Origin: Amoebidium appalachense
Lineage: Eukaryota > Protista > Ichthyosporea
Assembly: GCA_963693365.1 (NCBI GenBank)
Contig: CAVNZM010000003.1
Coordinates: 12,435,651-12,499,650, forward strand
Length of the DNA: 64,000 nt
Direction of reading: 5' to 3'
This document shows, one piece after another, positions 52,412 to 64,000 of the stretch. Under the pieces are notes generated by a model, which saw only the letters and a list, made by a program, of their open reading frames with translations, searched no databases and was not told the DNA's origin. The position numbers and the translations under genes were made by a program. Each line of letters starts with the position of its first letter. Position 1 is the first letter of the stretch.

Positions 52412-53215
52412 CCCAAACAACAACAACAACAACAAGCAGACACACACACTTCTCCCTCCTCCTGCCCCATGTGTGTGCATTATGACAACCCCCCACTCCC
52501 GACACATACACATACACACATACACACATACACACATACACACATACACACATACACACATACACACATACACACATACACACATACACACATACACACT
52601 CGACCCCTCCCCCCCCTCCCCCCCCCCCTCTTCATCCCCAACCTCATCCCCCTTCTCGATTGGATGGGCTTTGTTTATAACCCTCTCTCTTTTTCAGTGT
52701 GTGCTGTGAAAGATGCCTCGTGCTGTCCGTTGAAAATGTATACCTCATACTCTGTAACACATTCTAACCCCCTCCCCCTCCCCTCCCCCCCCCCCCCCCC
52801 CTCCCCCTCTCCCCCTCTTCCACGCCCTTCCTGGCCCCCTCTTGTGCATGAAGAAAACAGGTTGTTGACTTGCTTATAATGCCTTTTTTGCAGCTTGAAC
52901 CGCCCGTAAAAGATAACATCAAATAGTCAAAAATAAAGAAAATGTTTACAAGTGTCTTCTCTAGGGTACCTTACCTACTCATCTGGTTTTGTTTGTGGTT
53001 TGTGCCTCGTCTTGGGCATTCACTCAGTTATAAATGAAGAACGCCCAAATAATGAAAATAAATTATGAAGAATAAATCTAACTAACAAATTACATTTGCT
53101 GCCAACAGGGCTACCCCCCCGACTAGCCAAGGTTGCGCCTGCCTGTGCGATCATGATCGGCACATATGAGTGGGGCAAGATGTACTTTGCATCAACACAC
53201 ACCGGGGATGTTTAA
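44787..53215 (+). CDS. Mitochondrial carrier, SLC25A39/SLC25A40 (MTM1)-like; spliced
   Basis: Exons: 44787-44862, 45647-45699 ([11 protein letters not shown]), 46495-46652 (Cys-rich loop, LWRGLAPTL), 47419-47537, 48145-48234 (SPLELLRT), 49483-49581 (RDIPFS), 50533-50605 (AIYW), 51142-51193, 51720-51783 ([11 protein letters not shown]), 52283-52360 and 53109-53215 ([10 protein letters not shown]). There are three carrier repeats, and the RD(I/V)PFSAIYW and APACAIMI motifs are typical of this subfamily. Confidence 0.93.
48450..48730 (+). mobile_element. Subfamily C element (3' part) in an SLC25 intron
   Basis: Shares gcataagcaaccctgctcgtc, ggtcgaaact, ccctgaggatgggctctgcttat and the 3' end gcattcaa+C-run with subfamily A, but has different helix sequences. 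Confidence 0.85.
49681..49982 (+). mobile_element. 5'-truncated subfamily A element in an SLC25 intron
   Basis: Matches the 3' ~300 nt of the full-length element and has C-runs on both sides. Confidence 0.9.
49741..49897 (+). ncRNA. Candidate strand-permuted (pseudoknotted) hammerhead-like ribozyme inside the element
   Basis: GTT at 49811-49813, GAAA at 49841-49844 and CTGAGGA at 49875-49881. A 13-bp stem III-like helix pairs 49800-49812 with 49844-49856. Helices covary among subfamilies A, B and C. Activity is untested. Confidence 0.6.
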
Positions 53216-53373
53216 GGTCCATGATTTTTTCCTTATTTGGCAAATAATGCAAGATGTTATAAAAGGAGACTGTGTTATGCATAGGCAAAGCTAAGCCATG
53301 TGATCTGATGTTACTATGACGTAGAGCTCTGGTCTTCTGATGTCATACCGCGAAATGCAGACTATAGACCTAA

Positions 53374-53457
<84 letters not shown>

Positions 53458-54663
53458 CCCAACCGCCATCACCATCACCCGACTTTCCGAGTTAGCAAAA
53501 TATGCTCTGTTTGTACGAATGTTTATGGTTCGACTATTAGTGCACACATGTACATTTACACACGCAAGACAGTACCCGTGTATGCAAGGCGCACCAGTTT
53601 AGTACTAGGGACGTTATATGCGAATGTACAAATATTTCCTCCCCATGCAATGTTATGGGTTTTTGAAACTGCTGCCGTTGAATGTTTGGGGGGTTTTTTT
53701 CTTGGTTTTTTCTTTTTGAGATGGTATCTCTTAGCTGGTATTTCTTTTCTTTCTTTTCTTTTTTTTCTTTTTTTTCCTGGGGGGTTATCTAAGGCTTGTT
53801 TATTTGTGCGCTCCAAGCTCGACGAATGCATGTCTGCTTTGAGTGTGTTAACTGTGTTATCGATTAGTGAGTTTAGGTTTTACATGAATAGACATTTTGT
53901 TAGATGTGAATCTCTCCCTCTTCTCTCCTCTCTCTCTCTCACTCACCCCCTCCCCCCCCCCCCCCCCCCCCCCCCCTTTTTTTTTTTTTTTTTTTTTGTA
54001 TTTTTGAAGGAACGCTAATGTGGCACAAAAAAAGTCATGTTCACGATCTGGCAGCAAGAGTTCCGACGTGACAGACTCACATGAAAATCTTCTCAATGAT
54101 TGGTTGAATGCAAAAGATGGTATGCTGGGTGGTATAGAAGAAATACGTGTGCTGCAGTGTCTAGACGGGTGATGATTGCGCTGGGTGGATGGTTGGTGGA
54201 TGTGGGTGGGTTGGTGGAGGTGTGTGTGTACATGTGTGTGTGTGTGTTGGGGGGGGGGGGGGGGGAGGGGGGGCGCTCGTGCTTGCCCCCTCTCCCCCCT
54301 CCCGCCCGCCCGCCTGCTCCCTACCCACACACACAGGTTTCAGATTCAATATTAGATACAGTACTCAAGTAAAGTTTATGATGACAGTGCAATGCCGTAC
54401 ACATGTGACTGCAACAGTTCGGTGTGTGTGTACACTACATGTTCGTTTGTCACGTGTGTGTGTATAGTTGTGGCCGTGGTGGTGGTGGGTTTGGGGGGCT
54501 AGCTGGAGACACTGCAGGAAGTGTTGGCCGAATTACTGTCGCCTAATCCCAAGCGGCACCACCAACACCTTATTCCTTTTGTGTGTGTGTGTCACGGGGT
54601 GTGTGTGTGGGGGGGGGAGTGGGGTGGGGTGGGTGGGTGGGTGGTGGTGGTGGTGGTGGTGGT

Positions 54664-54697
<34 letters not shown>

Positions 54698-54699
<2 letters not shown>

Positions 54700-55065
54700 T
54701 ATACGTATGCGTTAGAGGGTTGGAATTATGGATGAGACAACAAAGAGCAACAACAAAAACGCCACAAAAAATGAGAAGTGTTCAGGCAGAAGATACTTGA
54801 ACAGAGCCCATCATCAGGGGGGTTCCTATGCCTCCACAAAAACTCTTTAACCTCTCGCACGTGGTTCCCAACCCATACTTTGTTTCAACAGCAATAGGCG
54901 AGTCCACCCGTCTTGGCCAAAGACGAGCAGGGTTGTTCAAGGAGCAGCAATCTAAGAACACAGAGTCTACAAAATCTGTAAGCAGACAAAAACAACGAAA
55001 GCATGCAGAGATTTAGAGCATAAGTCGGGCTTCTACAAAGCTCCCCGATTCCGTAACCTATAGAG
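54698..55065 (-). mobile_element. Subfamily B element with a small deletion removing the GAAA motif
   Basis: Collinear with 20798-21195 but lacks gcatgggtttcg at ~54840. Confidence 0.85.
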
Positions 55066-55679
55066 AAGGGGAGGGAGGGGGAGGGGAAGGTGGGGAGAGG
55101 GGGCGGGGGGAGAAGGGGGGGAGACGGGGAAGGGGGGGGGGGGGGGGGGGGGGGGGGGCAGCGAGTAGAAGCATCGAGTCTTCATTGATTTGCACGTATG
55201 GTACACCGTATATTCACCATGTTGCTTACAGTAATGGCTTAATAAATAAACCGAGCAACACACCATGTATAATACTTGTGCACCACAGCAATTTTTTTGC
55301 TTGCCAATGCATATCTTTACAAATACATCATAATTTCCGTCTGTATGAGACTCTTGCCAGGTTCAGAACATCCTTAGGCTAGACGAGTAATCGAACCAAC
55401 ATACAACCTACACCACTTATGTGAGTGATACACTTTCCTGATCCCCACCCACCCACCCACCCACACAATCTATATACACGCAACAAATCCCGACAAATGC
55501 CCAATTAAACTACACAAAACTACCACAAACACACGCCCAGGCCCTTTCATACCATTTCACCGAAACTAAGAAACCCCCCCTCTATCGCGCGTCAATCAAA
55601 GGTTTTCAGCATATAGCAAGCCCTTGAACAAGATACATTGTTAATCACACTTACGAATAAACATACATTCCATACACAT

Positions 55680-55729
<50 letters not shown>

Positions 55730-56040
55730 ATAGTGAGGACATCCGTTTCGATGTGATCTATTCGGCGCGCTACATTTGTCAGCCACCCAAAGAAATAGCA
55801 GAATACCCCAGAAAATCGGCTCCAAATCATCAGCCCCCCCTTCCCCCCCCAACTCACACACACAGAACGAAGGTGTATGTGTGTGTGTGTGTAGGACGAG
55901 GATTGGGGGGAGAGGGGGGAACAGACAGAGAAAGAGAGAGAGGTTTCCCACCTTTCTTTTGGGTGGACGAATGCGTACGTGTGTGTATGTGTGTGTGTGT
56001 GTGTGTGTGGGGGGGAGGGGGGGTCTCACATCTTCTATCA

Positions 56041-56307
56041 CTACAATCCACGATACTCCCCCACCTGCCCCGGTCTCCAGACCCTCACCTTCCCATCCTT
56101 TGCCGCCGTAGCCACAAGCCCATCCCTTACCACAATATCCGTTATCCCGTTTGTGTGGCCCCTCAGTTCCACACTAGAGCCACTCCCACTATCCACAACC
56201 ACCAACACCTCCCTCCTTCCGTACATGAGTGTTCCCGGTCCAAAACCAAAGCCGATGCACCCTCCTTCCATGTTTGCGTTGTGCACGGGAAGTTCCTTAG
56301 TCTGTTG

Positions 56308-56350
<43 letters not shown>

Positions 56351-56395
56351 ATATTAGGAGGCACGCATGCAAAATCAACTTCCTCCATTCTCCCC

Positions 56396-56453
<58 letters not shown>

Positions 56454-56589
56454 AAAAAACCCGTTTTCTCAGCCAATTCACCCTTCCTCCCCTCCTCCCC
56501 AACCAACCAACCAAAAAAAAGAAGGAAAAAAAAAAAAAGGGGGGGGGGGGGGGGGGGGGGGGGGATTTCTTCGCCGGCATTGTATGGGC

Positions 56590-56634
<45 letters not shown>

Positions 56635-56901
56635 CGCTCGTGAGTGTATGAGTGTTAGAGTGTGTGCATGCGCGCATGCGTGCCCGTGCGTCCGTGCGTG
56701 TGTGCGTGCATGCATGCGTGTGCATGTGGTGGTGGTGGTAGTGGTGTGAGGGGGAGAAACGGAAGGACGGGAGAGGAGAAGGTAGGGGGGGGGGGGGGGG
56801 GGGAAGAGGGGGGAGGGTAGGGGTTGAATGCGCTATAGAGTGCGGGGGAAGGGAAGGAGGGGGAGGGGTGGGGTGGGGTGGGGCAGGCGCCCGGGGGGGG
56901 G

Positions 56902-56938
<37 letters not shown>

Positions 56939-57189
56939 GGGGGTAGGTGAGAGCCAACATCACTAACATACCTGCACCGAGTCCCACACTATGAACCTAT
57001 TGTTTACGTCACGTGTGCACAGCAACGAGCCCCAAGCAGCCACGGCAACTAGGTTGGACCCGAGAAGGGGACTGACTGAGCGTAAACACTGGCCAGTAGA
57101 AGGGTCATAGAGCTTGAGGGTGTCTTGAACGGGTATGGCTAGGTGCCGCCCCTGTACGTGTGTGTGCGTTTTTTTTTTGTTTTTGTTTT

Positions 57190-57220
<31 letters not shown>

Positions 57221-57346
57221 GGAGTGTGTGTGTACTGTGGTTGTGCATGTGTGTGTGTGCGCGCGGCGCGTGTGTGTGTGTGTGTGTGCTTGTGTGCATA
57301 AGTGCGTGTGTTTCTGGTTGTGTGTGTGTGTGTGTGCGCGCGCGCG

Positions 57347-57384
<38 letters not shown>

Positions 57385-58076
57385 TTGTAGAATTGTAATA
57401 GTTCATAATGTGGCCGCGGTTACCAGCTTGACTGTGCAGGTTTGCAAGGGGAGGCTGCAAGGACACCAAAATAAATGTGCAAGCTAGAGAGACGAACGAA
57501 GAGTCCGTCGTCAAGGAGGGGGGGGGGGGGGGGGGGGGGGGGAGGCGGGAGAGACGACCTTATCCCTCCACAAACAACTCTTTCGACTCGCTTTACCCCA
57601 CCTCCTACACGCCTTTCCTCGGGGGTTTAACCAATTCACTCACCTGAAAGCATATATGGTATGTCGTGTTGACATTCTCCAACACCATCGTCCTAGTACC
57701 CGTGCCCAGTTCATACACGCTCAGTTTCCCCCCCTGAGACAACGACGCAACGTGCGCAGGCGAACACGCCACCGCCCACACGGGCTCCGAGCCTTCCTCC
57801 ACACCCCCCCACACGGATAATACACGACCAGTGCCTAGGTCCCATCTACGGGTGGTGCAATCGTAGGAGCCACTTGCAATCGTGTCGTGACATACGGCTA
57901 CAGAGTTGATGGCGTCTGTACGTGTGTGTGTGGGTGGGTAGGTGTTAGTGTGAGATAGTAGGTAGGAGTGAGAGGCGTACGGGCGGGGGGGTGGGGGGGG
58001 GGGGGGAGGGAGAGGAGGAAGGGAAGGAGGGAAGGAGGGTGGGTGGGGGGCTGGGTAGGTGGGTGGGTGGGTGGGT

Positions 58077-58109
<33 letters not shown>

Positions 58110-58276
58110 GAGGGGAGGGGGGAAGGAGGGAGGGATAGGTGAAAGGGTGGATGGATGGGTGTGTGTATGCGCACCCGTGTGTGTGTGTGTGTGTGCGCGC
58201 GCGCATGCACACACATTTGTGTGTATGTCCAACTGGATGTGAAGGGACAGAGTGGCCATTCTTTTTTTTTTTTTTT

Positions 58277-58308
<32 letters not shown>

Positions 58309-58687
58309 GAATGCGGAGCACGGTACAAAGTACGCATACACGGGGGGAGGGAGGGAGGGAGGGAGGGAGGGAAGGGAGGGAGGGAGGGAGGGAGGGAGGG
58401 AGGGAGGGAGGGAGGGAGGGAGGGAGGGAGGGAGGGAGGGAGGATGGGTGTGTGTGTGAGTGCGCGCGCGCGCGTTTGTGTGTATGTACAACTGAATGTG
58501 AGGGGCAGAGTGGCATGTTTTGTTTTTTTTTTAACACGAAGTTTACATTCATGAAGGGCAGGACAATGCAGATTTTGCAGAAAAAGAGCACAGAGTCCAT
58601 GAAGCTAGCTAGTAGAGCCCATCCTTAGGGAGCGGCGCACGGGCAGGTGGGGGCGGGGCATGTGGGGGTGGGCGGGCGGGCGGGCGG

Positions 58688-58725
<38 letters not shown>

Positions 58726-59652
58726 GGGGGGGGGGGGGGGGGGGGGGGGGATGTATACCCTCGTGGCCGGTAAGAACTCTCAGACATTGGCCCGTAGCGG
58801 CGCTCCAAACCCTCAGTGTCATGTCTACGGAGCCACTGACTATGAAGGTCTCCGTGGCAGCAAGGCAGTACACCTATATTTGGATCACGGGGCTATAATT
58901 AGATGCAAGGCAGTACACCTCTATTTGGATCACGGGGCTATAATTAGATGCAAGGCAGTACACCTATATTTGGATCACGGGGCTATAATTAGATGCAAGG
59001 CAGTACACCTCTATTTGGATCACGGGGCTATAATTAGATGCAAGGCAGTACACCTATATTTGGATAGTACGGATATTAATCAACAGGTGCAACGTGTGTA
59101 CATCCATATTTAGATGATGGGGCTATAATTAGATGCATGGTGTGTACATCCATATTTAGATCGTGTGGCTGTAGTTAGATGCAACGTGTGTACATCCATA
59201 TTTAGATCGTGTGGCTGTAGTTAGATGCAACGTGTGTACTCATGTATTTAGATCACAGAGCTATCAATAAATGCAAGGTGTACGCCTATATTTAGACCAT
59301 GCGGCTATAAATAGATGCAATATTTGTAAACCCATATTTAGATCAAAGCACTATGTTTAGATGCCGCGTGGGGGTGGGTAAAAAAAGAAAAGGAGGAAAG
59401 GAGACTGCCGAGGGATATATATATATAGATGGGCAAAGGTGGGGATGATGCTGAGGATGAATGGCTGAGGCTGTGATGTGCCTGCGTCACTGTAGGCATG
59501 CCGGCAGGAAGTGCATCTATATATAGAGCAGAGGGCTATTATTAAGTGGAGGGGGGAGGGGGGGGGGGGGGTTTAGTGCATAGGGGAGCAGCGCTAAAAG
59601 GGGGGAAAGAGGTGTTCTGTGTGCCCTAATTGGAACGGATGGAAACGAGAGG

Positions 59653-59693
<41 letters not shown>

Positions 59694-60164
59694 TTGCAGA
59701 ATGTGTTTAACAGCAACGGACAAATTCATGACGGACAACACAGTAAAAAACCTGGAAACAATGTACAAAGACTATGCATCATAAGCGCAGGGTGTGTGTG
59801 TGGGTGTGTGGGGGGGAGGGGGGAGGGGGGAGGTTAGAATGTGTTACAGTACTGCATACCAATTTACATCAAAATATCAACACGATGCCAATTCGCAAAA
59901 TAATATCAATGCAGGGTAGACGGGTCGGGGGTAGGGGGGTAGTAGGAGTTGGGGGAGGGGGGGGGGGGGGGGGCAGTATTTTTTACCCACCTCTGCGGTG
60001 TGTCCGGCAAGTTCCTCTGACGTCACGGCACTTGGTGACGTCATGATGCGTGCAGCCATGCTTGCGTCCTCTGTGGAGATGCAAAAGTACTGGAACTCTT
60101 CTAGGACCCTCTCCCTCTCATCCTCATCCTTGCACGTGATCTTGGGCGGTCGCGTGCAGTCGGA

Positions 60165-60236
<72 letters not shown>

Positions 60237-60257
60237 TGCGTGTGTGTTGTACCGGGA

Positions 60258-60302
<45 letters not shown>

Positions 60303-60878
60303 GGGGGGGGGGGGGGGGGGGAGGGATGAGGGATTGATTACATAGACCCCAAACAACCAAAAAACGTTACCATGAGTGCACACCCCAACACACACCAACC
60401 TTATCTATTCCCCCCGTCCTCATCAGTCAATATTACGGCTTTCCGGCCAGGATCTTTTTATCCACCCGCCCACCCACCTCACCGAATCCTTACATACACT
60501 TGCATGCACGAACACAGGGGAAAGGCAGGCAGACACACAAGCTGACATACCACACGCACACACGCACAGGCACATATGCCCGCTGGTGCGCGCACACACA
60601 CACACACGCACGCACCCAACCCCAACCTAATCCCCCCTTCCCGCCCCCCCTCCACCCGCCACCCCACCTACAGCTCACCCAATTATTCCCCCTCCCCCCC
60701 TCCCCGCGCAAAAAAACCAAAGAAAATCATTCCTTCCCCCTCCCCCCACCTGCCACACAAACACAACGCACACACACACACACACACACACCCACACACA
60801 CACACCCTCCCTGCCCCCTCCCCCCCCCCCCCCCCACACACACACACCCACCCACACACACACACCCTCCCTGCCCCA

Positions 60879-60912
<34 letters not shown>

Positions 60913-61031
60913 ACACACACACACAAACACACCCACCCGCCCACCTCAGATAGTTGAGCGCATGCGCAGAGCACTTTGGGTCATCGACAGATCCCCCCCC
61001 CCCACACACACACACACCCCTTCCCCCCCTC

Positions 61032-61084
<53 letters not shown>

Positions 61085-61337
61085 ACAGGCACACACCAGC
61101 CTCCCCCTCCCCCCTCCCCCGCCACACCCCCCATCTCCCCCCTCGGCCTCCCCTCCCCTCCCCCCCCCCACACACAAACCCACCCCCCACCACACACACC
61201 TCACATAGTTAAGCACATACACAAAGCACTTTGGGTCATCGACAGCCCCCCCCCCCCCCCCCCCCCCCCCCATCTCCAAAAACACACACACACACATGCA
61301 GACACACCAGCCTTCCCCCATCCAACCCCTCCCCCCC

Positions 61338-61368
<31 letters not shown>

Positions 61369-61720
61369 ACGCACCTTCTCCCCCCACCCCACCCCCTCCC
61401 CCAAACACCCACCCACCCACACCCACCCACACGCACCCACACACACACACACACACGCACCTTCTTGCCCCACGCCTCCCCTCCCCAAAACACCCACCCA
61501 CACACACACCCGCCCACCCACACACACACCTCAGATAATTGAGCACATGCGCAAAGTACTTGGGGTCTCTGTCAATGAAGTACCGTCCCTCCTTGTCCGT
61601 AGCCAACCTATGCCTCCCACTGAACATCGCTGCTAGCATGCTGTCGGGTAGTCTGCACAGCGTAGACCGCGTGGTAGTGATGGGCTGGCCACCCACGTTA
61701 AGAGTGATGATGTCACAGGC
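56041..61720 (-). CDS. KCTD-type BTB/POZ domain + WD40 repeat protein; spliced, 5' end not resolved
   Basis: Exons: 61720-61530 (ITLNVGG...TTRSTL...DSMLAAMFSG...FIDRDPKYFAHVLNYLR), 60165-59991, 58873-58759 (SGSVDMTLRVW), 57915-57644 (SGSYDCTTRRWD), 57151-56972 and 56301-56041 (GHTNGI...DGKVRVW). The start exon lies further upstream and was not identified. Confidence 0.88.
58860..59365 (-). repeat. 45-bp tandem repeat spanning a splice acceptor of the BTB-WD40 gene, decaying distally
   Basis: The unit caaggcagtacacct(a/c)tatttggatcacggggctataattagatg repeats from 58861 to ~59065, followed by degenerate copies. Confidence 0.9.
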
Positions 61721-62057
61721 CTGAAAAAGTGAGAAAAGAAGCACGGTTATTTTTTATGTTTTTGTTTGAAAGAAGTGTTTGTTGAAATTTAAGAGGAGGG
61801 ACGAGGAGAAGAGGGGTGGGCAGGATAGGATGTGGTACACGGCAGGCAGTGCAATTCCACGGATGGCGGAAAAGGTGACACAGATGTGAAAAAAAGGACT
61901 CACATAAATGGTATGCTACAGAAACAACCAACTTTCGGGCAGAAAGGTGCCCATGTCATCCACGGTATCTTTTTCCGACCCGTTCATTGCAACACAAACC
62001 TCCACTCACATGCCCCTTCATTTGAACATGGGAGCCCCAGGGGGGGGGGGGGGGGGG

Positions 62058-62862
62058 TTTGAATGCGTCAAAAAGTACGAAGTACACAAGAACAAACGGA
62101 TAACACGATGCAGAATGCAAGCCATACATAAAGAGTATGCATAATAAGCAGAGCCCATCCTCAGGGGGGGCCCACGTCATCCACAGTACCCGAGTTTCGA
62201 CCTATTCCCCTCGTTAACGAAACCCAACTCAGATACTGTTTCACTTGAACATGAGTAGGTCACCCGTCTTGATCAGAGACGAGCAGGGTTGCTTATGCAG
62301 GCAAGGGCAGTGGGAAAGGCCGGGGGTTAAAGTTGCAGCAGTAAGCAGAAGCAAGAAAAATATAGATAGGAACTCAGGAGACGGGGCTTCTAGGAAGCTC
62401 CCCCGTCGATACCTAAGTCGATACTTCCCTGGCTAACATACTACACCAGCTGAAAAGAATTAAGTCCCGAAGGCCACAGAATTCGTAATCAGAGGGGAAA
62501 ATATGAGATTTGACCCACGCCGCAGGGTAGTAACACGCTTACTAGGGCGGAACTTTATTGTCTTCGAACGGAAAGCTATGCCCCCGGATGTCAGCCGGAA
62601 ATATGGTATCACCCATTGCTTTGGGCTTGAAAAAAGCCAAACCGATAGTCCGAGTTATGTTACGCCGGCGGGTAACATGCCGCATGGGTTCCAAGGGAGC
62701 TGTCGCCAACAGAGCGGTGTGTGCATGCGTGCGCGTAACGCAATGTGTGAAGTGTGTCTATAGCTATGAAAGGGGGTATGCAGAAGTGGACAGATGAAGT
62801 GTGTGGAGAGAAAAACAGTAAGAAGAAAAGTAGACACCGGTATGTGCAACCCCGCACAACAT
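62058..62862 (-). mobile_element. Full-length non-autonomous poly-C-associated element, subfamily A (tandem copy 1)
   Basis: Near-identical to 62881-63684, and its 3' portion matches the copies at 16381, 41513 and 49681. G-runs flank both sides on the + strand. No long ORF. Confidence 0.9.
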
Positions 62863-62880
62863 GGGGGGGGGGGGGGGGGG

Positions 62881-63684
62881 TTGAATGCGCCAAAAAGTAC
62901 GAAGTACACAAGAACAAACAGATAACACGATGCAGAATGCAAGCCATACATAAAGAGTATGCATAATAAGCAGAGCCCATCCTCAGGGGGGGCCCACGTC
63001 ATCCACAGTACCCGAGTTTCGACCTATTCACCTCGTTAACGAAACCCAACTCAGATACTGTTTCACTTGAACATGGGTAGGTCACCCGTCTTGATCAGAG
63101 ACGAGCAGGGTTGCTTATGCAGGCAAGGGCAGTGGGAAAGGCCGGGGGTTAAAGTTGCAGGAGTAAGCAGAAGCAAGAAAAATATAGATAGGAACTCAGG
63201 AGACGGGGCTTCTAGGGAGCTCCCCCGTCGCTACCTAGGTCGATACTTCCCTGGCTAACATACTACACCAACTGAAAAGAATTAAGTCCCGAAGGCCGCA
63301 GAATTCGCAATCAGAGGGGAAAATATTAGCTTTGACCCACGCCGCAGGGTAGTAACACGCTTACTAGGGGGGGACTTTATCGTCTTCGAACGGAAAGCTA
63401 TGCCCCCGGATGTCAGCCGGAAATATGGTATCACCCATTGCTTTGGGCTTAAAAAAAGCCAAATCGATAGTCCGAGTTATGTTACGCCGGCGGGTAACAT
63501 GCCGCATGGGTTCCAAGGGAGCTGTCGCCAACAGACCGGTGTGTGCATGCGTGCGCGTAACGCAATGTGTGAAGTGTGTCTATAACTATGAAAGGGGGTA
63601 TGCAGAAGTGGACAGATGAAGTGTGTGGAGAGAAAAACAGTAAGAAGAAAAGTAGACACCGGTGTGTGCAACCCCGCACAACAT
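62881..63684 (-). mobile_element. Full-length non-autonomous poly-C-associated element, subfamily A (tandem copy 2)
   Basis: Head-to-tail repeat of 62058-62862, separated from it by an 18-nt G run. Both copies end at the same point (...gcaaccccgcacaacat on +). Confidence 0.9.
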
Positions 63685-63771
63685 ACACACACACACACAC
63701 ACACACATAAATAAGCGAGGATTACAGGTAATCAACCAGAACAACAAATGACAAGCAAAACAACCGGCGCC

Positions 63772-63883
<112 letters not shown>

Positions 63884-64000
63884 AGAGGGGGTGTGTGTGT
63901 GTGTGTGTGGGGGGGGGGGGGGAGGGGGGGAGGGGGAGGGGGGTCTTAGGGATGCTGCAGAATCGTCAGATATTAGACAAATCGTATCAATACGATCATT

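Noticed and set aside
58860-59065. CRISPR-like appearance of regular repeats (also 39130-39915)
   Set aside because: There are no unique spacers and no cas genes, and the context is a eukaryotic intron. These are plain tandem duplications.

Overview
Eukaryotic genomic DNA, most likely from an opisthokont and probably a unicellular holozoan (inferred from protein similarity only). It holds six spliced protein-coding genes: a PWWP-domain protein (-), a MEK/STE7-type MAP2K (+), a sideroflexin (-), an M20 amidohydrolase (-), an SLC25A39/40-type mitochondrial carrier (+) and a KCTD-type BTB+WD40 protein (-). Introns are packed with (CA)n/(GT)n, poly-C/poly-G, (GA)n and (GGGA)n runs, so nearly all ORFs in the supplied track are microsatellite artefacts. 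The main discovery is a family of short non-coding, apparently 5'-truncating mobile elements (~805 bp full length, at least 3 subfamilies, >12 copies) whose 3' end abuts poly-C tracts. They carry a ~155-nt structured RNA with the complete hammerhead core (CUGANGA, GAAA, GUU triplet), with helices supported by compensatory changes between subfamilies. The strands occur in a crosswise, pseudoknotted order that fits none of hammerhead types I, II or III. Secondary themes: repeated duplication of splice sites plus exon fragments inside introns, (CA)n in place of the polypyrimidine tract, a TG acceptor, a GC donor, and a 7-nt frameshifting duplication in the sideroflexin gene.
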